A stretch of DNA of 63,035 nucleotides, filler included, from Choristocarpus tenellus KU-1152 (Eukaryota > Protista > Phaeophyceae): the NCBI GenBank assembly GCA_964200185.2. It is 10 parts of 10 records of this genome, joined end to end, with 100 filler letters (N's around TTAATTAATTAA, not from the genome) between each part and the next. Parts side by side here need not be neighbours in the genome. Positions count along the whole stretch, not along the records: positions 27,497 to 41,015 come from CAXNAD020001464.1; positions 41,116 to 43,997 come from CAXNAD020023950.1; positions 44,098 to 55,543 come from CAXNAD020002311.1; 7 more parts are not named here. One strand, written 5' to 3'. The notes under the pieces are model-generated. The model made no database searches, was not told the DNA's origin, and worked only from the letters and a program-made list of their open reading frames with translations. Shown here piece after piece: positions 39,687 through 52,373 of this stretch (position 1 is its first letter; every line of letters begins with the position of its first letter). Position numbers and translations under genes: made by a program.

Positions 39687-40653
39687 TCAGGACCTCATCC
39701 GAGCAACCTCTCCATTTCCTTCGTTGCACTTGTAGTGTGCTATGAGAGTCAAAGTATCTTAGAGGGTAGAGCCGCGTCCATTTGGGGCCAGAATCCAATG
39801 TTTCAATTTTGAAGTAATTTTGGCTATCGTGTTTGTTGGAAAGTGTCAATATCCATGTTCCCGACACAACTTTTCACAACGTATATACATTTTACCTACT
39901 CCGAAATAATAAATACAAGTGCGATGAATATATTCCTACAGGGTTTATCAAAGGAAATCAAATCAAATAAAACATGTAGCATTAATAGTTGATAATGCAG
40001 GATGGCATAATGCAAATGATCTTGTCAATTAAAAATGTACCAGTGATTCGCACCAAAAGTGTACCACTGATAATAAATATTTTACGTCATTTTTCCTCCG
40101 TGTTTTTCATTATTTTCATATAACCCTCCTTACTGATTTAATATGGGGCATCACTAATGGGCACCCTCTCCCACCGCACATGTGTCACATCAGTGGAATC
40201 CACAGCACCAGGAAACCCCACAGCTCTATACGTGCGCATGACCTCCCCCAAACCTTCGCCCTCTGGTAGATAAATCCACTTACAATACATATCACGCTCA
40301 AAACACTCACAGAACAGTGAAACGTGGTTTGTCCTGTGCTTTCAGATATACCGTAAAGTTGCTCGATATCATCAAAGCAGTGTACCCTGGCGAGGATTTG
40401 GAAGACCGACTGCAGGACGGTTGAATCTACGAACCCTATTGAGGTAGCCCTCTCACACACAAACTCTACTGGCGGGTATGCTTACCTTCAGCTTCAAGGG
40501 CATGCCGGGGCGTCCGGTGGCATCTGTGGTTCGACAACCAAGCCACCTCTGCCTTTGCACCTCCTTTACTAAATGTTCAAAGAGAAGAAATGAGACTTGG
40601 AACCGCCTCCTGAACTTCAGCTCCTCCCGCGAAGTGACATCCCTCAGATCTTC
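39687..40653 (-). pseudogene. PIF/Harbinger transposase (Plant_tran / DDE_Tnp_4-like), internally deleted and interrupted
   Basis: DLRDVTSREELKFRRRFQVSFLLF, PLKLK, FDDIEQLYGISEST, GFPGAVDSTDVTHVRWERVP (first catalytic Asp motif), and a C-terminal LIAHYKCNEGNGEVARMRS* beyond the 39746 MITE. Confidence 0.85.
39746..39907 (-). mobile_element. Half MITE copy, truncated at the internal hairpin, inside the transposase C-terminus
   Basis: GAGTCAAAGTATCTTAGAGGGTAGAGCCGCGTCCATTTGGGG ... CATTTTACCTACTCCGAAA, followed by unrelated sequence. Confidence 0.9.
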
Positions 40654-41015
40654 TGTTCGTAGATAGTGCTGCTGATACACTATAGACACCACTGGTGGAT
40701 TATGTGATAGGGTAGAGAGCCAGTGACATATAATATATGTACTGACTCATAGTGTTGATTGGTTATATCATGTTCAAGATACACTTCCTATACTTAAGAT
40801 AAGTAAATAAGTAATTCATTGTAATTTAGTGTGGACGATTACAAACCCCACACTATAGAGTAATGATGGTAGTTAAGGCTAGAGTCTCACCCACGAACTC
40901 AGTCAGCGGAATCGAGACCACAAAGGCCCTTGTATTACTAACATTGTTCATCTACATCAAGCTGTTCTCTGTCCTTCATTAAAGCACCATAAAAGCCGCG
41001 GGTCCAGTGTGGGAT
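40654..41015 (+). mobile_element. LTR (same family as 62106-62747) inserted into the Harbinger transposase, cut by the contig end
   Basis: Begins TGTTCGTAGATAGTGCTGCTGA and aligns over its length with the reverse complement of the solo LTR at 62106-62747. Confidence 0.85.
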
Positions 41016-41115
41016 NNNNNNNNNNNNNNNNNNNNNNNNNNNNNNNNNNNNNNNNNNNNTTAATTAATTAANNNNNNNNNNNNNNNNNNNNNNNNNNNNN
41101 NNNNNNNNNNNNNNN

Positions 41116-42530
41116 CATTACCTCCCAAGGTAATTTGCACATACCCTTGCTCATAGAGCAGCCCGCACATGACTCCAGCTCACCCACCAATGTAATGCCC
41201 ATTGAAGTAGTGATGGACTGTAGCAATTCCTCGTGTATATGGCCATAAGAGCGATGGAAGAGATTAATGTCGACATCGATGTGGGGAGCGTGAGGTGCAA
41301 GTGAGGGGGCTATGGTGGCCTTCAACGTAACTTCAGCATTTCGACCCGGTCGCAGCAGTATGCGTTGAGACCATGGAGGGTATAATGACTACCAGGATCT
41401 GTTGTGAAGGTAAGTTCGCCATCTGGTAACGAAACTGTACTAGCTGTGCAAGTGCATTTTGCAACCATATCTGCTGCAGCTTGGCGAGGAAAGATATTAA
41501 ATCCAAGATCTGGGACATGGGCGACATTATGGAGGAGTATCTCTACTTCCTTGTTGTCACATGAGAAAAACAAGATGATTGGATCACCATGACCAGCGAT
41601 GCGAAAGAAATTCTTACTGGCAGTGACTACCCGTCGATCCAATGCACAGGGCTTGTCGTTAGTCATGTATGCCATCATGCTTGTTATGTGACATGTAGCC
41701 ATTCTGTCGGAAATCCACTCTTCTCTCTTTCGCAGCCAACCCCAACACTTGACAGCAAACATTCATTTACCCCACACTTGCCTGGAGCATTGCTGCTTGG
41801 AGAGTAATCACTGGCGGTCAGTAGAGCGTACAACTCGTGGTAGTCGCTGCTGGTCGCACTTTCGACAGTAATGTGAGAAGGTTTCGCCTCAGTCTCGTTC
41901 TTTTCTTTCCCAGACTCCATCATAGTCATGAACACTGAAGTACACGTTGTAGGATCATAAGCACTGTCCACCACACTTGGTGCAAATACGGGTTAAACAA
42001 CCTCCCTTCTTGTATCCATTCTTACCATTCCTCTCGCAAGGAATCTTCTCGGAACTTTTAGGGCTGGAAATTAGAACCATTTTTCTTTCTTCCACCATGA
42101 GATTTACGTTCAACCCCATGACCCTGCCCGTTACGATGAGACTGATTCTTCCTCTGTCATGAGATAACCAAAGCGTTGTTGTTCTTGTGTCTTGAGTCCT
42201 TCCCTCGAATCTTATGATAGACCCCCCCTCGACATCGCCACCTCAACCTTGGTGTGGTGCATTTGTGGTATAACAACAAATGGGATATGTTTTATATTCG
42301 GTGTACAGTCCATCCTACTACTCCGAGTACTTGCCATGTGAAGTTTGGATGATCGAAATATATTATATTCTACTTCAAAGCAGAATGAAAGAAGCGGTGT
42401 CACTGGGGTCCGAAGTTGGAATACTCATATATATGGTGAGTTCTTTTGTCTTACCATTGACACATGGGGATACGAATACATTGTCCCAAAGTCGTAGATC
42501 CTATGCACGAACGAACGCGTGTTTGTGAAA
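41116..42530 (-). mobile_element. Copia/Ty1 retrotransposon remnant (gag, protease, GAG-pre-integrase)
   Basis: EEWISDRMATCHITS (degenerate DSGA protease motif), LHNVAHVPDLGFNIF, DINLFHRSYGHIHEELL...ELESCAGCSMSKG (integrase HHCC). Confidence 0.88.
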
Positions 42531-45500
42531 TGGGTAGGATTTTACTCGAAGTAGGAGCAGTATTATACTGCAATCTTAATATTTCATTTGTCTTATTCAT
42601 GTGCCAATTATCCTCCTATTCCACTTCCCATCACCATATACTATATATTTGTATAGTAAAACTAAAGTAATCATGAGTAGTGGCCGAAGTAGGCTTGACT
42701 CAGGTCAGAAGACTTCGAATAAAGTGATTCAATCAATTGGGTCAGTGCATAGGACTGCGAGGCAAAATACCTAGACGGGAACGTCACATATACCAATGTG
42801 TTGGAGGGACAAAACACTATTCTTCTTCAAAAGGAAGCATGGCCAACTTTTTCCTCCTTGCTTGCCCATGTTGAGGGTAGATACATTGTCTGTTTCATCC
42901 AGGAACATTGCATTTACCTGCATTTATTTGGAGGCTGTGGCAGAATGGGACGTTCATCGCATAGACCGTTATGTACGAAATGCTTAGTGCAATTTGCACA
43001 ATTCCTACAGCATATAATGGAGTGGATAAGGGCCTTGAAAACCTCCCTCAAAAGTTTCCAGGACATCACATGTAATCTCTTTTCAAAACTCCTCGAAATG
43101 GTCATCCCAAAGAAATAGTCTTTCGAATCTTCTTCTGTTCTGTGGAACATAGCATCAAACCTTCGATACAACTAGAAATATAAAATAAATTATTTTGGCT
43201 AAATGGGCTTCGCAAAGGGGGGCTTTGCAATCCTCTGTCAACGTGTTTCGAAACGAGCTCAAAACTCCTTGAACCTTTGTACGTAAGATGTTCATTATTG
43301 CTATGTAAAATCACCCTTCTTACATACGTTTATTTATGGGTATTGGGTTTTACTTTTACTCAGATGAAAATGGTTAAGCCAAGACACGCGAGGAGCAGGC
43401 GCTTTCCCGTACATTCATAGTTTTAGTGTACATTTGGATTCAATAGACCTCCGACAACAACCAACAAATAGGAGGGGTTTCCAATCCTTGGGAGGAGAAA
43501 AAATAAACATACTGTATTACGTCAAAATTTGTCTTGCCTTACCCTGACTTTGTTACGTCTTACTTTTCGTACACACGAAACTACAAAATAACCTCTGAGT
43601 CTGGAAGCGAGGGTTTCGAAATTGCTGTAGTAGTAGGCAAATTGCTACCAACTGACCTCTCAGTTGGTTTGAAGGAGGGTTTTGAGAATTCGAAGGGGCT
43701 GTGGGTTTGGGGAACACTTCTTCTGAACATCTTTCAAAAAAAGGTGACATTTTCATAATTCGAAAGACCATTCATCATGGGTTTGAGGAACACCTCTTCA
43801 CTCAAGGGATTTTTCAAAAGGTTGCGTTTCTGAATAATAAGGAAGATATATATACACAGGTTTGGAGAACACCTCTTTCAAGGGTCTTTTTGTAGTAGGT
43901 GGCATTTCCTCAGTCAAGAGTCCATGATTTCACTGACGGATTTTTTCCGTTAGAATGAAACCATGGAAGTTCTTAATGTGACCAATCCCATAGACTTNNN
44001 NNNNNNNNNNNNNNNNNNNNNNNNNNNNNNNNNNNNNNNNNTTAATTAATTAANNNNNNNNNNNNNNNNNNNNNNNNNNNNNNNNNNNNNNNNNNNNGAT
44101 AAATGTATGTGGTTTGCTGTAGGCTGTCATCCAGGGTAGGGTATGAGGTTATGGGGGTTAGTGTGGGAGATTCTGAAGCAGCAAAGCTCATGGAATGAAG
44201 ACGGGGACGGAGTGATGTGTTGAATGTACTCTGGGGTTGGGGGGGTATCCCTTGCTGTTGGAATACCTCAAGACTTGGCCTGACTTGGTTTGAAGACAGG
44301 ACGTGGTGTCTGGTGGAAACTTGAGTTGTTAGGTGTGTTTGAGCCTTCATTCAAGTAATTTATTGTGTTGGTGCTCAAATTGTGTAGCTAAGATAGTTTT
44401 GGGACTAAACGGAAGATCAAGTCAAGACCCTCTCAGGTCTTCTGAGAAGGGACCGCGAAAGTTGTTTCTGGGGAGGAAATTTTCAAATTTGCCCAGGCTA
44501 TTGGATGCATGTATATATATATATATGTATATGCATCTATCCCTACATCCTCACCCCTTTGCCCACCGTCTGCCCTCTTCTTCCCAATGGATCTAACGGT
44601 TTGTGTCCTCAATAAGGACCAGAGAGGGTGTGATTACGGCGGTGAACATGATAGCCAGGCTTGTATATCTAAAGTGTGAAAAGTCATGCTTGAGGGTTGT
44701 GGGAAGGGTCATCCCATCAGTCCTCCCCTCGATTCTGGGTGCAGGCCTACCCTTCCATTGTTTTCTGGTACTTGGGAGTATTTTTTTTATTGGTAGAAGG
44801 GAAAAAAAGAAAAAAGTACATCAATGTGTGCTGATTTTCGGACCTATGTTGGTTGAATGAGTGCCCTTGGTCAGGCCCAGTAGTATGGTTGTATCTTGGT
44901 GCTAAGATGACCTCAAAACATGGCTCACCTTTTACTGTGGTGTATACATTGTGGATGCATGTATGGGCTATGTGACGTGATTGTGCGATGCTCTCACTCG
45001 CGTATTTTGGTTCCCTGTTGTTCCCTGCACAGCAAATATATGACTCATGTCATTAGTATATTAAAATATGGAGACCAGAATTGACAGGGATATCGCCTCT
45101 GAGGTGTATATCCTTTCTTGCAAGTAACATGTTTGCTCAAGTTTACTTGTCGCCTTGTGCTCACGCGATAGGCTGATCCTACGAGAATAGTTCAAAGCCA
45201 AGAATGAGGACGTGATTTTGGGACTCGTGTGCAAAATGAGGTGAATAATCCAGGCAAGATCTTCGCTAGATCACTACTGACAGACTGAAGTTGATTTGGT
45301 CAGTAGAGCCTACTTAAGGCTCATTGTTGTGGTGTATCAACAGGACGGTTGTGGTGGTGGAGCTGCAGATGCGAACTATCGGGAGTGTGAGGATTTCATC
45401 GTATATATAAGGGAACCTTTTTTGGCTGTCAACAAAATAATTGGTGTGTGATCTTCAAAAAAAAATGTGGGCATAGTACTGAACATGGATAAGACCTATG

Positions 45501-45918
45501 CCGCACCACCCCAGGGCCACTAACCCACACCCTCAAAACTGGAACTCCTAGCTACCCCTGGGGATACACGCTCCACATCGTAATGGTCGTAATGGTTTTG
45601 TCGTAGTAGAGGCTCCAGTGGGGACAGGTTAATTTTTCCAAGTCTACATGGTCGGGGTGATTGATATCTCTGGGTCTCAAATGCTGGCTACGCACCTGAG
45701 TGAGATGGAGGATAGACAAGTTGCATGGGTCCTCAACTCCTGGTTCCCCTCTTGCCATTTGGGTTATTTGGTGAGAGTAATTCCCCCAAACCTGGTATGT
45801 TCCACCATGCATGGAACAAGCTGACAACAGCTCGCTGTGGACTCTGGAGAAGATAGTGGAGGTAGCAGACTCAACTGGAGCCGCTAAGTTATTTAATGGA
45901 GGGTGTAGAAAAGAATTT

Positions 45919-45946
45919 ATTAGGGTTAGGGTTAGGGTTAGGGTTA
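45919..45946 (+). repeat. Interstitial (TTAGGG)4 tract
   Basis: Direct reading. Confidence 0.9.
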
Positions 45947-48900
45947 GACAGAACAAGAAGTACAGGAACAGATTCTCACAAGTTCAGTGATCCTAAACCT
46001 ATACCGTACTGTTTAAGTAGCTCTGTCAAGACGCGTGCGTCATGAGTTTCAAGGTGGAGACATCCAGTCAGGTGGACAAAAAGGGGCCTAGCAGACTCTT
46101 GGGAAGCTTCCCTAGCTCCTCGCCCACCTTGTTAGGGCTAATCTAGGTTTGTAGGATAGGAGTGTACTCAATACCTTGTAGTGAACCTTCAAGGGGATAT
46201 TCTTCTGTTAATTTTCAAACAGTAAATATTCCTTAGGACTGTGTCTTGGCATTGATCAAAACTCTTCTTGTATTTTCAGTAGTAGTAATAGTCGGTCCTT
46301 GTGATGTAGTTTTTGTTCTTCCTGAAACCACAGGACCTGCATACAGTGTCTGCGATGGACGCCTTCCAGGCCATCGGTCCCATGTGAAGTGCCTGGACCT
46401 GTTTCTTTTCCTGCGATTTCTTTCGGGCTTATACTGACATATATATAGTTTTCATTTGTTTCCCCCCTGACACATCTGTAAAATGTCAGAGAGCATAATA
46501 ATGATACAATAAATCTACATATTTTTAGTAGCAGTAATCATTAATTATTCTTAATTTGCCATGTATTAGTGAGGGATTATCCTAACCCATGATCAGTTGC
46601 GCTACACACAACACTAACTATTGCATTACAACTACTTGCACTGTATCTGTTCCTGAATTTGTTTCTCTCGCGTTGGCTTCAGCACTTACTTGCATCTCTC
46701 GCATCGCTCGTCACTCCGTCTCCTCCCCGAATTTTTTTACACCTTCATTTCGGTCGGGCATCTTTACGGTTTACCAAAGACAGGATAGTACAGGTGGTGT
46801 AAAGTCCATTGTATTTGACATTGGGAATAGCATAATGGAAACCAGATTTTCGTGAAAAGAAGTCTGGCATTAGAGGAGCTCGGATTTGCTGAATTAATGA
46901 ACATAGGCCCCGCCTGAACCACCATCATTCCACGAGGACACCCATCCATCCAACATAGTAAAAGTAATTCATAATGTAGTAGGTATAGCCGAAATACCAT
47001 CAACAGTTTCTCTCACATTCGTGTGCAGCACCCACCCAAATTAGTCTCTATTGGAACACGCTGGGTTGTGTATTCAATATTCCTTGTAGTCTGCAAATAA
47101 TAATGAATACAACTTACTACTTGTACACAATAGAATATCCAAGTTTACACTGTAACGAACTTCATCCTACTTGGTCGTGATTGTGTAACAGGGCCGAGGG
47201 GGGACATGACCATCATGTAGTACTACGTAGCATTGCCGCACGCATCACCAGAGCACCCCAATACATAGAAAATCATGACTCGGAACATGTAATCGATCAA
47301 TCAATGCTTTTAATAGGTGTTACGTTAGAACGCTCAGTCTTGTTCGTCCAATAACCGACTTTATCACAGTATTATTAGGACGTTTTACTCTCTATAACGT
47401 TCATTGTCTGAACAAAGGGAGAAAGCTGCTCTATGAAGTCCGTAATCCATACAACGCAAGAAGAGTCCATTAGATCTATAACGTCCTTTCTTTGTCCAGC
47501 AGGAGGCTTGTGCACATCATCCGTCCGTGGTCATGGCAACATTGGCGAGGTCTTGTCTGTTGCGCAGTAAACTTTCGCCCAATTTGCTCTGCAATACGGT
47601 CCGTTGTCCTGGACACCGGTTAAGGCCATGAATTTATCCTTATTACAGTCTTGGAACTGTGCCGACCTGTTGTCCGAGGTACTACTCACTGCACAACATC
47701 TCGTACCACCATAAATACTAATTATGACTGCTGTCACGCTAAAAGTACTTGTAATGCCTCTGTTCGTGCCTTGCTTCTCTTGCGTCGTGTTGAGTCATCC
47801 CACCGCTCATCTCTCACCTCCTCCCTCGAATCTTGTGCCTGACTCACCTCAGTATCACTCACCAACAAAACCTTGTCACCTCGTTCTTGGGCGTTTTCAT
47901 GGTATAGCGAGAGGTAGGATAGAGACAAGTGTACAATCCATGGCGCTTACCAGATAGAATAAATAAAATAAAAAACTCCATGAACTCAAGTCTGGCAATG
48001 GTGGGATTCGAGCATAATAATTCATGGAGGGAAACAGTTCCCTTAACCACACTCACTGGCTCCAGACCTACAACATACGTTATCCAGTACAGTGCTCATG
48101 GCCATGTTCTTTGTAACTCTCATTGCTCAGCAAACACCTGACCTAGTTCGGACATCAAGGTCTCCTGGTGTTCTGGATAACGCTCGCAGCCATTTAGTTC
48201 ATAACCCTCGTCATTCACACAATGATTCGTTGTGATCAATGCTAAAACATAAATTTGTGCTATGCAAGCTTTGGTATTACGTCATCTGAGTTGGGAACAA
48301 ATCGATGAGGGGAGACCTTACATTGGTACATGTTGACTAGGATCAGGGTGCAGTCAGTCGGGGCACAATAAAATGAACACAACCACACGCAGCCAGAGAG
48401 GTGGAGATGATCGGGTATGCGGCCAGTGAAAGGTATGCCAATGCTGAAAGACAGTCTTTTAACAGCATAATGAGTACCACCAGCCAACAACAACATTTTT
48501 TATCAAATACTTGATAACAAGAACAACTTTGGGGGGACTTGCAACATGCCTGGCAGCAGGTGCTATCTGAGATATATAGAATGAAAATTGGATGCTCTTG
48601 AAAATGGGAGAGGGATCATCATATTGCAACATGCCGTTTTGTGCCTTGCACCCAGTGACGGCCAGGTGCTTCCACCCAGTCAGGCACCTGCAGTCCGGGC
48701 ATATAGTGGGTAAAAACGGCATATAGTGGGTAAAAACGCAAACAACACATCACAAATTGATCCATATTACATCATGTACCACCCTTAGCACCACATGCAT
48801 ACATTCTAAAGATTCTGGAGGGGATTTGTATGCATGAAAACACCCTGTTGCTTGATGCTAGACAGAGCTCTCCTTCTTCTCAGCACCTTGCTCAAACAAC

Positions 48901-50098
48901 ATGTTGGTGCTTCACCATGTACTCCAGAGTACAACAGCAGTGGACCCTCTGAAAAGATTTCAAAGCGCTCCTCGAAAACACACACTCATCTGCCATATAT
49001 TTTCGATTCATTCCACAACGTGTTTGTATCCTCCAAAATCACAACACCTTGGCATCACACTACACCAGCACAATTCACTGTTTCTCTTTGCTAAATCTAC
49101 AATCACCACACTACAACAAAAGACACCTCAGCTTCTTCACAAGTAAGACCGGTCACACCTACCCTCACTTCCCTGCTTCCGCTCCCTCTTGCAAGGTCAT
49201 AGAGTGAATCCATTGTGCCTCCCTGTATGCACAACTTCTACAGGATCTCTGCTGGACACATACACACACATCGGCTTTCTGGTACTAATCAATCCCACAC
49301 CACATGCCACAAGTCATAATTCCTCAATCAGACCTGTGCCCGTCAATCTTTTCGAAAGGTGACCCATGACAACGATCGTTCCGTCCTTGTAATCATATGA
49401 GGCATCTAACCAACTTATTGTGGTGTACATACATACACACTGAGAGCAAACTATACTGCTTCAAAGTACAAACCCTGGAAATCTTCGACCACTTGCTTGG
49501 GGGAATATCGCAGCCACAGTTTTGCACACAGGTGAAGTATAATCCAATACCCACTTGGTGCTTGCCGTGACAGTGACCTTCTGCATGTTGTTCTTCCCTG
49601 TACTAGGCTAGACTATTGCATATGAGAATTCATTTCCTACTATTATATTCAGAAAGAAACATGGTAGATGGCAGTGAAGGGCAGAGATTCTATTTGAACC
49701 TTCAATGGGGTCATCATTAGTGACATCATAGAATAAATTCTACTTACATTCCTACTCAAAACCGGACTTGTTTGATATCCAAAAGTTATATTACTTCACT
49801 GCAGAGCACCATGCAGGACTTCCGGATGCGATTATTCCAATGTAATCACCGGGTTAGTAGTCATCACATGACTAAAATAGCATCATTCCACTACATGGAC
49901 GAAACGTAACCCCTTTGCACAAAGCATGCTCCAGGCAATTCAATCATCACACGAGGGCAAATCAAACCCAGCGCCAAGCCCTTATCCAAAAGAGATTAAA
50001 CACACACACCCCAGGTAGTCAACTCGAGATAAGTGTAGGCTGTTCCTTGTTATGTGGTTTGAAGGCAGGGGAAGGGGGCGGAGGGGCATAACAACAGA

Positions 50099-52373
50099 CT
50101 ACGCATCACCATCTGAGCTGACACTGCTTCCTTCCTCATCACTGCTGCCACTATCACTCCCACTGTCGACCTCATTGTTGGCCTCCTGAAACCACAAGAA
50201 TGTGTTCGATTGCAGATAAGAGTCTAGTTGAGCAACACGGGGGGCAGACTGGATGGTTCAGAGCAAGTGAAGATAGGACAAGGAGCCGTTTCTCTTCCTC
50301 AAAGGGGGGTTTCTTTGGCAGGGGATCACTCAGGTGTCATTTCAGATTGCAGATTGCAGTCAAGGCTACCAGAGGTAACACACACACCAAAGAGGCATTG
50401 CGGACAGCTAAGATGTGGAGACTACTAAGATGTGGAGACTACTAAGACGGAGCATTTGTTGACACAACAAGTGGGTCAGGAAGGGGAAGGGATTGCTGCA
50501 CATCATGTGCATTGAAGAAGAGGTAAGAGCAAGGAAGAAGGCAAACATGTTTGTGCTAGTAACATATTTTCTTGGCATTTCCTGACGGGAATTGGCTCCT
50601 CCATGGAGATATCCTACAACTTCATCCCTCTGGGAAGGGAGACCAGAGAAGCACATCTCCTGCAGAGGAAGCAAAGGGGTGCACAGCCCATCGGTATCCT
50701 GTAAATAGCAGCAGGAAGTATCCACTTTAAGTGACACCTCATCACCCAATAAGAATGCAGTGCAATTTTCCTTTTAGTCTAAAAACCTGCCATTCTTGCT
50801 TGTCAACTTGCCTCTGCAATGCGCTCTCGCAGTAGCTCCACAATGGCCCTTTGTGTTCTTCGATTGAGCTTCTCCATCTTTTTCTCCACATCTCTCTTCA
50901 GGTCCCAGTTGGCCTTTTTCGGGGCAATGTTGAGGTCCTCCGCGTCAACGGTCTCCTACACACAAATAACACAACAGTCAAACAATATTTTAAGTAGCTT
51001 TGTCAGAACATCCACTGCTGATGCGGATTTTGTGCAAACTGGCGTGCTTCTCTGGAAGAGAAAAGGAAAAGGAAGAATGCAGGATTATAGCACTCAACCA
51101 CAAACATCCTTATTTTTGAACTCCAAGATACACCCTTGACAGATGTGTATAGCATTCCTTGTTTACGATAAGACAATACTTAACACTTCCTAGCCTTATT
51201 TATAGTGAAAAAATAGTTCTGTGCCAAACAGATATCATTATCCATTCCTCAACGGAATTCATCGATATTCTTCGCCCTTCTGAGCAAGGTTTTGAGTAAT
51301 CCCTGCAACAGATGTTTCCCCATAGCAAGATAGAGTTCAGGAGTATACACTCCACAAAACAAAAGGATAGGTCCCAAAACGACTCATCTCATTGACTGTG
51401 ATGGATACTTGGTACATACAGTACACTTTTTGGACGCACTTCGCATGTAAGCACCCCTATTCAATGTTCAAATGGGGTCCGACCATGCAATTTTGGAAAA
51501 GGTCAGCTGTGATCGTTGTTGGGGGTGGTACCAGAGCCAGTACAGGATGAGCTTGGATCACATAAGAAACGGTACAAATTGTGGAAGAATCGATGCAGCA
51601 TTCACATCACAGGATAGTACAGTATCAGTATCCGAGTATCGCTCCCGCATTGATGGTCTGGTAATGCTCACCTACAGGCCTCGGGATTTAAAAGGGTCAA
51701 CGCCTGCGATCGAATGAGGGAATCGGCCTTTCACGAAGAGGAATCTATCGCACAGTAATTGAAATGAGACAAGGAGGACACTTTCACGTTAACCTTTTGT
51801 TTCCTCAGTTCTTGCTGTATCAGACTCTCCTTGGGAGGGGTGACCTTGCGCTCCCCTGCTTCGTCCTCCTCGTCTCGGACCTGCAAATCCTCTGTCACGA
51901 AAGGCGGAAGCCCGGCGCAAGTTTGGGATCCATGGGACAGCCAGGTAATCAGACACGCTATTTGTGGCATTTGGGGAAAAGGTTGGCACTGATGTGCGAA
52001 TGGTAGTCACGATCAAAAACCGATGGAGTGTGGATGCTGGTATTGACATGACTTCACAACAATAATTGCGGGTCTTTCATTGGTCTCGAGCTCTCATCCA
52101 ACCCTCAGCACTGTGCTATACTTGAAAATGGAAGCGATAATGGGTGGTATTGTTGTAATAGTAGTCTCAGTAACCCTTACCATTAGCTGACCCACTCAAG
52201 ACCTTGCGCGAATTGGTCCCAATCTTCTCTTTGACCTTGCTGTCTTGTGGGCGATAATTCCTAAACTTGATGGTCGAATCTTCTTCTACCCGGGCATCTC
52301 CCTTCCCTTTCGATGCTCGGTCTCGAAGTGCCTTCAATCGTTTCCGGCGATCTGCGCCATCCTCGTTCATCAT
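50099..52373 (-). CDS. CWF18: Pre-mRNA splicing factor cwf18 / CCDC12; exons 52373-52181, 51891-51794, 50955-50812, 50185-50099
   Basis: RRKRLKALR, IKFRNYRP and NIAPKKANWDLKRDVEKKMEKLNRRTQRAIVELLRERI are family signatures. Exon phases are compatible. The last intron needs a GC donor (GAG|GCAAGT). Confidence 0.92.

Noticed and set aside
37007-39907. Repeat-spacer-repeat layout resembling a CRISPR or cassette array
   Set aside because: The repeats are ~255 bp, occur in both orientations with TIRs and TSDs, and the intervening pieces join into one pre-existing ORF.
44900-49900. Probable multi-exon minus-strand gene(s); similar hints at 80-3600, 53000-55400 and 56300-57800
   Set aside because: Exon-like pieces with splice signals are present, but I could not build a consistent model or recognise a domain.
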